DNA from: an uncultured delta proteobacterium
GTDB lineage: Bacteria; Myxococcota_A; Polyangia; Polyangiales; Polyangiaceae
Assembly (NCBI GenBank): GCA_963839305.1
Contig: CAWIUL010000011.1
Coordinates: 2,441,561 to 2,505,560 of the forward strand
Length of the DNA: 64,000 nucleotides
Reading direction: 5' to 3'
Shown: in pieces, positions 22,044 through 30,994 of the stretch
Layout: the number at the start of each line of letters is the position of its first letter
How positions within the stretch are numbered: position 1 is the stretch's first letter
Notes under the pieces: model-generated
Told to the model about the DNA's origin: nothing
The model's database searches: none
Seen by the model: the letters and a program-made list of their open reading frames with translations, nothing else
Program-made: the position numbers and the translations under genes

Positions 22044-22898
22044 GCCCGCGCTCGCGAGGTATTCGCGCGCGAGCTCGTCGAGATCGTTGTTTGACGGGTG
22101 AAAATCGCGACGCAGGTACTGGCGGATGCCCTGCGCGAAGACGGGCTTGCGCTTGCCGAAGGTCGCGCGGTGGGCGCGCATGTCGCCGAGGTGCTTTCGG
22201 ATCGCGCCGAGGCCGTGCTGTTTGCGCTCTTGCTCGAGCATGTGCAGCGTGCCCGCGAGCCAGAAGCCCGCGAGGCACGCGCTGCCGATCGCGAGGCCGA
22301 TCACGCGCGTCGAGTAGCGCGGGTCGACGGCCATGAGCACATCGAACGCGACGTCTCGGTGCTCGATCTCCTCGGCGGCGTGCCAGAGAAGGAGCGCGCG
22401 CATGCGCGAGTCGGCGACGTCGAGGAATCGCATCTGGAGCGCGTTCTCCGCGAGGATCGCCGTGAAGTGCTCGCACGCCGCGGTCGCCGCGAGGCGCACG
22501 TGCGGCGGCGCGGCGCGCTCGATGATGCCATACGCGATGCGCTCGTAGAGCTCGAGGAATCGATCGACGTCGTACCCTTGCGACGCGAGGATCTCGTTGA
22601 ACGCGTCGTGCTCTTTCGCGTGACGTCCTTCTTGTCCGAAGAAGCCGCGGACGCGCGCGCGGAGGCTCTCGTCCTCGAGGCGATCGAGGTAGTGACGGAC
22701 GGACCGCACGAAGAATCGCTCGCCCGCGGGGAAGAGCATGTTCACGCCGTTCGCGACGTGCGTGGCCACCATGTTGCCGCCGAACCAGTGCTTCGGCACG
22801 TCCCGGAGCTCGACGCCCGGGCTTCGGGGTTTCGGAGGGAGACGCTCGAAATTGATCAAGTGCTCACCTCGGTCGGGTTTAGTGTCGAGACCCTGCAT
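22035..22898 (-). CDS. predicted metal-dependent hydrolase (PF10118-like)
   Basis: MQGLDTKPDRGEHLINF...HAKEHDAFN...HAAEEIEHRDVAFDV. Divergent from the TetR gene. Confidence 0.5.
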   Translation of the reverse strand: MQGLDTKPDRGEHLINFERLPPKPRSPGVELRDVPKHWFGGNMVATHVANGVNMLFPAGERFFVRSVRHYLDRLEDESLRARVRGFFGQEGRHAKEHDAFNEILASQGYDVDRFLELYERIAYGIIERAAPPHVRLAATAACEHFTAILAENALQMRFLDVADSRMRALLLWHAAEEIEHRDVAFDVLMAVDPRYSTRVIGLAIGSACLAGFWLAGTLHMLEQERKQHGLGAIRKHLGDMRAHRATFGKRKPVFAQGIRQYLRRDFHPSNNDLDELAREYLASAGLT

Positions 22899-22941
22899 GG
22901 ACGAAACGATGAGGCGCTGTTGAACCAAAGTCAATAAGGCG

Positions 22942-23547
22942 GTGATGAGCGTGCGTGTGAGAAAAAGGGCGCGGATGGAGCTAGACGAGCGGCGGGCGCA
23001 GCTGCTCGCGCTCGGGCTCGGCGTCTTCTCGTCACGCGCGTACGACGAGGTGTCGATGGAGGACATCGCTCGCGCCGCGGGGATCTCGAAGGGGCTCGTC
23101 TATCACTACTTTCCGACCAAGCGTCACTTCTACGTGGCGGCCCTCCGCGAGGCGGCGCGGCAGCTCCTCGCCGAGACCGAGCCCGACGTGTCGGACCCGC
23201 CGGAGGAGCGCCTCCGCAAGGGCCTCCGCGGTTACCTCGCGTTCGTCGAGAAGCACGCGCGCGCCTACGCGACGCTCATGCGGAGCGGCGTCGGCGTCGA
23301 CAAACAAGCGGGCACGATCATCGAGAAGACGCGCGCGCAGTTCATCGAGCGGTTCTTCTCGGCGCCCGAGATCGCGTCCTCGGCGACGCCGGCGATGCGC
23401 CTCGCGGTGCGCGGGTGGATCGGGTTCGTCGAGTCGACCGCGCTCGAGTGGCTCGAGGGGAAGGAGATCTCGCGCGAGGCGCTCTTGGATTTGTGGACGC
23501 GCGCGCTCTTCGCGACGGCTAGTCGGAGCGCGCCTGAACAGAGCTGA
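22942..23547 (+). CDS. TetR family transcriptional regulator
   Basis: HTH region YDEVSMEDIARAAGISKGLVYHYFPTKRHFY. Confidence 0.85.
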   Translation: MMSVRVRKRARMELDERRAQLLALGLGVFSSRAYDEVSMEDIARAAGISKGLVYHYFPTKRHFYVAALREAARQLLAETEPDVSDPPEERLRKGLRGYLAFVEKHARAYATLMRSGVGVDKQAGTIIEKTRAQFIERFFSAPEIASSATPAMRLAVRGWIGFVESTALEWLEGKEISREALLDLWTRALFATASRSAPEQS

Positions 23548-23572
23548 TCCGCCCTGGTGTTGAACGTCGACA

Positions 23573-23704
23573 CGCGGCAGCGTCGACCTTCCCGGCCGGG
23601 CCGGCACGTGCCGCGTCGATCCGAGAGTGTGGCCATGACCTCGGTGCGCCGCTCGCACGCTGATGCGGCATTTTGCGGCCCCGCCGCGAAGTCTCGCTGC
23701 CGCG
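23573..23704. repeat. copy 1 of a ~130-nt intergenic repeat element with a CGGCACGTGCCG palindrome and 10-bp terminal inverted repeats
   Basis: About 80% identical to 34588..34705. Terminal IR cgcggcagcg / cgctgccgcg. Confidence 0.5.
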
Positions 23705-23753
23705 TGTAGACGGCAACCCTGACTTGGTTAGGTCGCCCGACGTGAGCTCCTGA

Positions 23754-24962
23754 TTAACGTCGCGTCGCCATGAAGGCGACCGCAGACGCGAGCAAGATCG
23801 CGACGCCGGCGATGACGAGCGCGATCACCCACGGCGCGAGCGAACGCGCCTCGCGTGGCGGAGCGAGCGGCGCGGCCGGTATCGTGCGTGCGATGGGCGG
23901 ACGATACGAAGAGCGCTGCGTCGTGAGCATCGGGTCCGGCGGGGGCACGGGCGTGCGCGGCGGGAGCGGCGTCGTGCGCGGGGCGACCGTCGCAGGGGCC
24001 GTGGGGATCGGCATGTCGATCGTCTTCGGCACGGGCTCGGGCTCGAACGCGGCGGGCGTGCGAATCGTCGTCGCCGCGGACATGGGCGCGTCGAGCGGCG
24101 TCGGCTTCGCGAACGGCGTGAGCGCGCGGGCCATCTCCGCCGCCGATGCGTAGCGATCCTCCGGCCTCTTCGCGAGCGCGCGCTCGAGCACGCGCGAGAG
24201 CGCAGGATTCACGTCGCTTCGGAGCGAGGGAATCGGCGCGGGCATCTCCGTCATGATCTGCCGAAGGAGCGCGGCGGTCGTCGCCCCGTCGAACGGCTTT
24301 CGCCCCGTCAGCGCGAGGTACATCGTCGCGGCGAGCGAATAGAGATCCGCGCGTCCGTCGAGCGGCTCCCCCGAGGCCTGCTCCGGCGACATGTACGAGA
24401 GCGTGCCGACGACGAGGCCCGCGCGCGTCAGCTTCATGCCGCCCTCGTCGCGCCCGAGGAGCTTCGCGACGCCGAAGTCGAGCACCTTCACGATGTCGGC
24501 CTGCGCGCTCGTGCGCTCGAGGAAGATGTTGTCTGGCTTGATGTCTCGGTGCACGACGCTCGCGCGGTGCGCCGCGTCGAGCGCGGAGAGCACTTGGGTC
24601 GCGATGTACGCCACGCGCTCGGGCGGCAGCCGAGACATGCGCTTCAAGAGGTCGCGCAAGCTCTCGCCGTGGAGGAGCTCCATCACGAAGAACGGCGGCT
24701 CGCCCTCGCGCGCCTGAAAATCGCTGATTTGCACGACGTTCGGGTGACCGAGCATCGCGACGACACGCGCCTCGCGCTGGAACCTCCCGCGGAGCTCCGG
24801 ATCGCTCGTCAGGTGCGCGTGGAGGATCTTGAGCGCGACCTTGCGATCGAGGCCTTCTTGGATCGCTTCGTAGACCGCGCCCATTCCGCCCTGGCCCACG
24901 CGATCGACGACGCGATAGCGGCCGCCGAGGAGCGTTCCGGGCTGGATCTGCTCGGCCTGCAC
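23754..24962 (-). CDS. Ser/Thr protein kinase with Pro-rich region and C-terminal TM anchor
   Basis: GQGGMGAVYEA...VALK, HRDIKPDN, DFG, SPE motifs. Confidence 0.85.
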   Translation of the reverse strand: MQAEQIQPGTLLGGRYRVVDRVGQGGMGAVYEAIQEGLDRKVALKILHAHLTSDPELRGRFQREARVVAMLGHPNVVQISDFQAREGEPPFFVMELLHGESLRDLLKRMSRLPPERVAYIATQVLSALDAAHRASVVHRDIKPDNIFLERTSAQADIVKVLDFGVAKLLGRDEGGMKLTRAGLVVGTLSYMSPEQASGEPLDGRADLYSLAATMYLALTGRKPFDGATTAALLRQIMTEMPAPIPSLRSDVNPALSRVLERALAKRPEDRYASAAEMARALTPFAKPTPLDAPMSAATTIRTPAAFEPEPVPKTIDMPIPTAPATVAPRTTPLPPRTPVPPPDPMLTTQRSSYRPPIARTIPAAPLAPPREARSLAPWVIALVIAGVAILLASAVAFMATRR

Positions 24963-24966
24963 CGGT

Positions 24967-27368
24967 TCACTCGATCGTTGCGGTGACGCCGCCGGCGAGC
25001 CGGAGGACGATTTGATCGCCGTTCAAAAAATACGCGCTGCCGGTGGCCGCGCGCACCTCGGCCTCGCTGCCGAGCGCGGGGAGGTCGACGCCGTTCGAGA
25101 CGACGTGCGTGAGCGGCGCGGTCTTTCCGGTGCGCGAGCGGAGATCGAGCGTGCACACGATCGCGGTCGCGAGCGCGCCCGGAACGAACGTGAGCGTCAC
25201 GCCGTCGCTGTCGTCTCGGAGCGTGATCTGCGAGAGGTCGTCGAAGGCCGCGCTCGCGGGTCCGCTCGGCCACCCGCGCGCCTCGAACGTCGGGCGCTGC
25301 TGCGGCGTCACGATCGATCCGGCGGACGCAGAGACGAGCGTGTCGACGTCCGCCGCGAGCATCGGGACGAGCGCGCCGACGCGCCCGAAGAGCATGGGCG
25401 TTCCGAGCGGAGCGTCGATGGGCTCGTCGGTGGGACCTTGATGAAGGAGCCCGTTCGTGAAACCGACCCATTTTCCAGGCGGAAAATGCACCGTTCGCGA
25501 GGTCGCGCCCGCGATGACGACGGGCGCTGCGAGCAAATCGGGGCCGAGCATGTACTCGTCGTCGGCGAACGAGAAGCCCGCTGCGTCCGTGGGGAACGCG
25601 AGCGGCAGCGCGCGGATCGTCGGCGTGCCCACGTGCTCGGCCGCAACGAGGACCGAGGAGAGGTACGGCTCGAGCTGCGTGTGGAGGGCTGCGAGGCTTC
25701 TGTAGAGAGTCACAGTCTCCCCGTCGTACGCCCACGGCGCGTGAGTATCCCCTCCGCCGCCGAGCTGCATCACGACGGAGAGCGCGGTGTGCTCGGCCCA
25801 GCGGAGCATCGCCTCCTTGGTCGGCGCGCCGTGGCGGAAGCCGCCCGTGTCGGAGCCGAAGCTCGGAAAGCCGCTCGCCGCGAGGGTCTGTGCGGCGATC
25901 ACGGCGGACGGTAAACCGCCGACGAGGAGCGTCCCGCTCGAGTCCGCGTCGCCGTATTTCGAGAAGTCGTTGTCGAGATCGCCGGGCCAGATCACGTCGG
26001 TGATGGCCTCGCCGCCGTAGCTCGACGCGCGCACGAGGAGCATGCCGTCCGTCCGCGCGGCGTCGAGCGCTTGGTGGTAGGCCGCGTGGTAGCCGAGCGG
26101 GTAGCTGCGCGCGGTGCGATCGGTCTCGCCGTCGGCGAACTGGATGCCGATGCGCGCGTTGAAGAACGACGGCACGATGTCCTCGCCGTAGTCGAGCTTG
26201 AACCCCGCGGCGCCCAGCGACACCGCGCGCGACGCGAGGCCCGCCCAATAATCGCGGCCGGCGCTCGTCGTGAAGTCGATCATCCCGAACTGCAGCTTGT
26301 TGTCGGAGCCGAGCGCCGCGAACGTGCTCCCGTCCTTCAGCTTCACGAGCACGTCGGGCTGCGCGGCCGCTTGCGCGTAGAGCTGGCGCGCCTCGTCGTC
26401 GGGACCCGTTCCGGGCTTCTCGAGGTAAGGCTCCGACCAGAACATCACGCGGTAACCGAGCGCGCCGAGCTCTTGGAGAAGCCCCGGCGCGTCGGGGAAT
26501 CGCGCGGGATCGGGCACGAACGTGTTCCAAGAGGTCTGCCAGGGGTTGTCGATCCACATCGTCGTCGTCGGGATGTGGAGGGTGCGCATCATCACCGCGT
26601 CGTCGATCATCTGCTGCTGGCTGTCCCACGTGTTGCGCCAGTAGAACGGGCCGAGCGCCCAGCGCGGGAGGGGCCGCGGGAGGCCGGCGTGCTTGCGTGT
26701 ATTTTGCAACCACCTCGAGCGGGTCGCGCGCGAAGAAGAGCCAGGCGTTCACCACCTTGCCCTCGAACGTGACCGTGACCGCGCCCGCGTCGGTCTTCGC
26801 GACGTCGAACGCGCCCGACTCGCGGCTCTCGAAGAAGACGCCGTAGCCCTTCGACGAGACGAGCAGCGGCACGGGCACGTGCGCGTCGTTCGTCGCGGAC
26901 TCGAACTGCGCGTTGATCATGAGCTGCATGGCCACGACCGCGCCGCGCGCCGACACGTGCGAGAAGCGCTCGCCCATGCCCGTGTAGAACCCGTCGTCGC
27001 TCGCGAGCGTGAGGCGAACGAGCGTCGTGGGCGAGCCGTCGTCCTTCGTCGTCACGTGGAGGATGCCCGGCGCGGGGCTGTCAATCGAGACGTCGCGCGC
27101 CTCGAGGCTCGTGAAGTCGTACGCGCTCGTCTGCGTCGGGTCGTGCCACGCGTCGGGTTGCTCGGCGTCGAACGAGCGCGCGACGAGCGGCTTGCCCGTG
27201 ACCGTCGCGAGGAGCGGCGCGCCGTCGCGCGTCACGACGAGCGAGCCGTCGCCGCCGAACGTCGCGAACGTGCCGTCGCCGAGGATCGAACGTGCGCGGC
27301 GCCGCCGGGACCTCGTTCGACTCGCAAAACGCGCAGAAAACGAGCGGCGCGAGGGCAAGGAGGCGCAT
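24967..27368 (-). pseudogene. glycoside hydrolase family 31 (alpha-glucosidase/xylosidase), secreted; two frame breaks (~26695 and ~27295)
   Basis: Signal peptide MRLLALAPLVFCAFC. GH31 N-domain YGMGERF, VPLLVSSKGYGVFFES. Catalytic WIDNPW, GFKLDYGE, WPGDLDNDF, GSDTGGF. The reading frame switches twice between the three listed ORFs. Confidence 0.7.
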
Positions 27369-27487
27369 GGGCGTGGATCCGAAGCTACTCGAAAATTTGG
27401 CCCGACCGCGCGCGTTCCGATAGCGAATGAGCATCATCGGCGGCTGCCTTCGCGGATCACTCCGCGCGCCGCCAAGGAGAAGTGTCC

Positions 27488-27919
27488 ATGCGTCTCGCCA
27501 CGCTCGGTGTCGTCGTTTGTCTCGCCATCCTCGCGCCCGCGAGGGCAGCGGACGCGGATTCGAAGCACCTCTCGCTCGGGGAGATCGCGGTCCTGCCGAC
27601 CAGCGCGACGAACATGACCGGCGCGCTCAAGAGCGCGCTCGAGAGCGAGATGCGCGACCTCGACCTCCGCGGGACGCGCAAGGACGCGATCTTGTCCGTG
27701 TCGCTCGTGAAGCTCGACACCGCGCAGGAGCGCGGATCTTCGTCGTCCACCTGCGTCGTCTCCGCGACGCTCCGCTCGCGCAACGGCGTCCTCTTCGCCG
27801 TCCTCGAGGGCCGCGCGCGCGCACAAGGCTCGAGCAATCACGTCTCGGAAAACGCTCTCCGCGGCGCGGTCCACGGCGCCCTCTCGCGAGTCGCGGAAGC
27901 GCTCGAAATAGAGGGGTAA
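27488..27919 (+). CDS. hypothetical secreted protein
   Basis: AAGGAGAAG RBS; signal peptide MRLATLGVVVCLAILAPARA; non-junk composition. Confidence 0.5.
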   Translation: MRLATLGVVVCLAILAPARAADADSKHLSLGEIAVLPTSATNMTGALKSALESEMRDLDLRGTRKDAILSVSLVKLDTAQERGSSSSTCVVSATLRSRNGVLFAVLEGRARAQGSSNHVSENALRGAVHGALSRVAEALEIEG

Positions 27920-27920
27920 C

Positions 27921-27988
27921 AGGGAGATCGGGGAGATCAGGGAATTTGGGTTCGAAAACCCCAACTCTCCCGATCTCTCCGATCTCCC
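27921..27988. terminator. long imperfect hairpin between convergent genes (candidate bidirectional terminator)
   Basis: CAGGGAGATCGGGGAGATC ... GATCTCTCCGATCTCCCTG arms around a ~30-nt loop. Confidence 0.45.
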
Positions 27989-27998
27989 TGTTCAATCC

Positions 27999-28970
27999 TC
28001 ACGGGTAATCCGCCGAGGTCCGCGCGCCGATCTCCAGGTACTTCGTCGCTGACGCGTCCGGGTTGTAATACTCGTTGAAGACGCCCGAGACGGACGAAAA
28101 CTTCGTCTTCACGCCCGCCTCGAGGCCGACGAAGACGCCGTTGGCCATGTAGTACGGGCTGAGGCTCACGATGTCCGCGTCGCTCGCGCCGCCGTCGTAG
28201 AACGTGTTGCCGAGGCCGAACGTCTGATTCGGCTGCTTGGGCGTGCCCGTCACGTTCGCGACCTCCAAGAGGAGCGGACCATAGATCTGCTCGTACGCCG
28301 CGATCGATCCGATGTCGCCTAGCTGAACGCCGGTGATCGGCGTCGGCGTGCCGCTGCCGATCTTGAGCGCGCAGCCGGGCGAGATCGCGTCGACGTGGAG
28401 GATGAGCTCGTTCTGTCCGCCCTCGGCCTCGCGATACGCCCACGCCATCGCGTTCACCTGGTCGCCGACCGCGAGCGAGGTGAAGTATTTCGCCGTCGTG
28501 GACGAGATCCACACGCGGATCGCGTGCTGCGCGCCTGCCTCGAGCGACGTGTACGTGAGGTCTTGCTGCAAGATGAACTCGCACGCGACGCCGGCCGCGC
28601 AGGCGCCCTTCGAGAGCGCCGTCACGTAGACGCCGGGGAGCCAAACCTGCACGGGGACGGACGGATTCGCCGCCCACAAATCGGTGATGGCCTTCGTCGG
28701 CACGCCGTTCGGCTGGGAAGTGCAGTCGGGCCACGTGAAGCCGGGCGCGTCGGTCTTCGGCGCGTCGTTCGGGCTGTCCTTCGCCGCGTCGACGGTCTGC
28801 GCGACGTCGGGCGTTTGCGTCGCGTCGAGCCCGCTCGCGTCGGGACCCGTCGGGTTGCCGTTGTCGCCGCACGCCGAGACCACCGCCGCCGCCTGCGCGG
28901 AGGCCAAGAAAAGCACCAAAAAGCCCTTTTTCACGCGTGCCCATCTAGCACAAGCGCGCTTGCTGGGCAC
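27999..28970 (-). CDS. lipoprotein, hypothetical
   Basis: VVSACG lipobox; the start may be the internal GTG (VKKGFLVLF). Confidence 0.5.
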   Translation of the reverse strand: MPSKRACARWARVKKGFLVLFLASAQAAAVVSACGDNGNPTGPDASGLDATQTPDVAQTVDAAKDSPNDAPKTDAPGFTWPDCTSQPNGVPTKAITDLWAANPSVPVQVWLPGVYVTALSKGACAAGVACEFILQQDLTYTSLEAGAQHAIRVWISSTTAKYFTSLAVGDQVNAMAWAYREAEGGQNELILHVDAISPGCALKIGSGTPTPITGVQLGDIGSIAAYEQIYGPLLLEVANVTGTPKQPNQTFGLGNTFYDGGASDADIVSLSPYYMANGVFVGLEAGVKTKFSSVSGVFNEYYNPDASATKYLEIGARTSADYP

Positions 28971-28996
28971 GCCACGGCATGAGAAAACGATGGCCC

Positions 28997-30109
28997 ATGA
29001 AGCGCGCCCCCCTCGCAGGATTCGTCGTCGTCGCGCTCGCGTTCGCTTGCGGTGAGAGCTCGCCGCCGCCTCCGAACAACCCGCATCCGACGCCGAGCGC
29101 GTCCGCCGCGCCGACCACTTCGGCTTCGCAGACGGCTTCGGCGTCGGCTTCGGCTAGCGTCGTCGCGCCGCCGCCGAAGGACGTCGCGTGCGAAGCGCTC
29201 GACGAGGAGCGCAAGGCGCAGAACGCCAAGCTCAAGACGATCACCGAGAACAAGGACCCGCTCTCGCACGTGCAGTCGCTGAACGATGACGTGATGGGCG
29301 CCTTCACGAAATGCACGAAGACGAAATCGGGCGGCGCGTGGGGCCTCGGCCTTCGCGATTTGAAGGAGGAGCTCCACGGCGTCACCGCGCAGCTCGTCGC
29401 AATCCACGTCGATGCGAAGGGCGCCAAGTCGAGCGTCGTCCTCCAGGGCACGGCGCGCCTCAAGGACCGCGCTTTCCAGAGCCACGAGATGGACCGCGTC
29501 GCCATCGACACGCAGTCGGCCTACGACTTCGACGGCGACGGTGAGGACGAGCTCATCGCCATCGCGCACGACCAGACGAAGGACGGCCCGCGCGATCCGC
29601 TCGCGTACATCGTCGAGCTCAAGAACGGCAATGCGCAGATGTACGCGCCCGCGAAGGACCTCCCGATCTTCCGCGTCGAGGACGTCGATCGCGACGGCCG
29701 CCCGGATTTCGTCTCGTACGGTCCGTATCGCGCGCGCGTGCCGGCGCGCTGCAACGGCGCGCCCTCGCAGGTCGTCGGCCCGGCGCTGCTCGTGCACTCG
29801 CTGCCGAACGGGATGTTCTCGATGACCGACGACAAGGCGCTCGCGTTCGCGAAAGAGCACTGCGAAAAGCCCGGCTTCACCGTCGCGCGCGACGACGAGA
29901 AGCACGTCGACGACGATCAAACCTTCGTGAACATCGCGTGCGCTCGCCTCTGGGGCATGAGCGAGGCGCAGGCGGTCCAGGCCGTCGCGCAAAACTGCAA
30001 CGCGATCCGCGGCGAGGCGAGCTGCAAGGACACGTCGCTCACGACGTGCGTGTACCCCGCCGAGATGACCGCGTGGGCGCGCGCGAAGCCGCCGCTCGTC
30101 CTCAAATGA
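28997..30109 (+). CDS. lipoprotein, hypothetical (DFDGDGEDE acidic motif)
   Basis: MKRAPLAGFVVVALAFACG lipobox signal. Confidence 0.55.
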   Translation: MKRAPLAGFVVVALAFACGESSPPPPNNPHPTPSASAAPTTSASQTASASASASVVAPPPKDVACEALDEERKAQNAKLKTITENKDPLSHVQSLNDDVMGAFTKCTKTKSGGAWGLGLRDLKEELHGVTAQLVAIHVDAKGAKSSVVLQGTARLKDRAFQSHEMDRVAIDTQSAYDFDGDGEDELIAIAHDQTKDGPRDPLAYIVELKNGNAQMYAPAKDLPIFRVEDVDRDGRPDFVSYGPYRARVPARCNGAPSQVVGPALLVHSLPNGMFSMTDDKALAFAKEHCEKPGFTVARDDEKHVDDDQTFVNIACARLWGMSEAQAVQAVAQNCNAIRGEASCKDTSLTTCVYPAEMTAWARAKPPLVLK

Positions 30110-30912
30110 CGGCGCTCAAAGACGTCGAGCTCCACTACGACGTCCACCTCGCCGAGCACTACTCGTGGCTCTTCGGAGGCCTCCCGGAGCGCGTCGCGGA
30201 GAACCGCGCGCTCTTCGAGAAGCTCGGCCTTCGCGCGGAGCAGGGCGCGCGCGCCTTGGACGTCGGCGCGGGCTCGGGCTTTCAGTCGATCCCGCTCGCG
30301 CAGCTCGGCTACGCGGTCACCGCGGTCGACCTCAGCGCGAAGCTCCTCGGCGAGCTCGCGCAAAACGCCGGGGACCTGCCCGTCGAGACGATCCGCAAGG
30401 ACATCCTCGACTGCATCGTCGACATGCCGTCGAAGTCGTTCGCCGTGTGCGTCTGCATGGGCGACACGCTCACGCACCTCGGGAGCTTCGGCGACGTGCA
30501 GCGGCTCCTCCGCGAGGTGAACCGCGTGCTCGCGCCCGGCGGCACGTTCGTCGTCGCGATCCGCGACTACTCGCAAGAGCTCCGCGGCGACGCGCGCTTC
30601 ATCCCCGTCCGCGCCGACGAGCGCACCGTGTTCTCGTGCTTCCTCGAGTACGAGGGCGATCACGTGCGCGTCTACGACGTGATCCACTCGCGCCGAGAAT
30701 CGCGAAGCGACGCGGAGCGCTTCGAGAGAACGGGGGCGTCGGGGGCGCAGCCCCCGGCCGAAGATCTCGGCTGGGACATGCGCGTCTCGTCGTACAGGAA
30801 GCTCCGCATCGCGCCCGACTGGCTCGAAAAGCGCACCACCGAGACCGGCTTCGAGGTCGTCTCGAAGGACGTCGCGCACGGGATGTTCACCCTGGTTTTG
30901 CGCAGGGCTTGA
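30106..30912 (+). CDS. class I SAM-dependent methyltransferase
   Basis: LDVGAGSGFQSIPLAQLGYAVTAVDLS motif I. ATG overlaps the upstream lipoprotein stop (ATGA). Confidence 0.75.
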   Translation: MTALKDVELHYDVHLAEHYSWLFGGLPERVAENRALFEKLGLRAEQGARALDVGAGSGFQSIPLAQLGYAVTAVDLSAKLLGELAQNAGDLPVETIRKDILDCIVDMPSKSFAVCVCMGDTLTHLGSFGDVQRLLREVNRVLAPGGTFVVAIRDYSQELRGDARFIPVRADERTVFSCFLEYEGDHVRVYDVIHSRRESRSDAERFERTGASGAQPPAEDLGWDMRVSSYRKLRIAPDWLEKRTTETGFEVVSKDVAHGMFTLVLRRA

Positions 30913-30994
30913 TCCGTTTTGGAGCGCGGGCGCGCGGCGGCGCGCGCCGCTGCGCGGATTTGTGCGCGGCACGCGCGGTGCAATCCCATCGCGC

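Noticed and set aside
21853-22476. 207-aa minus ORF and 22098..22937 plus ORF
   Set aside because: Alternative frame or antisense of the metal-dependent hydrolase gene. Arg-rich.
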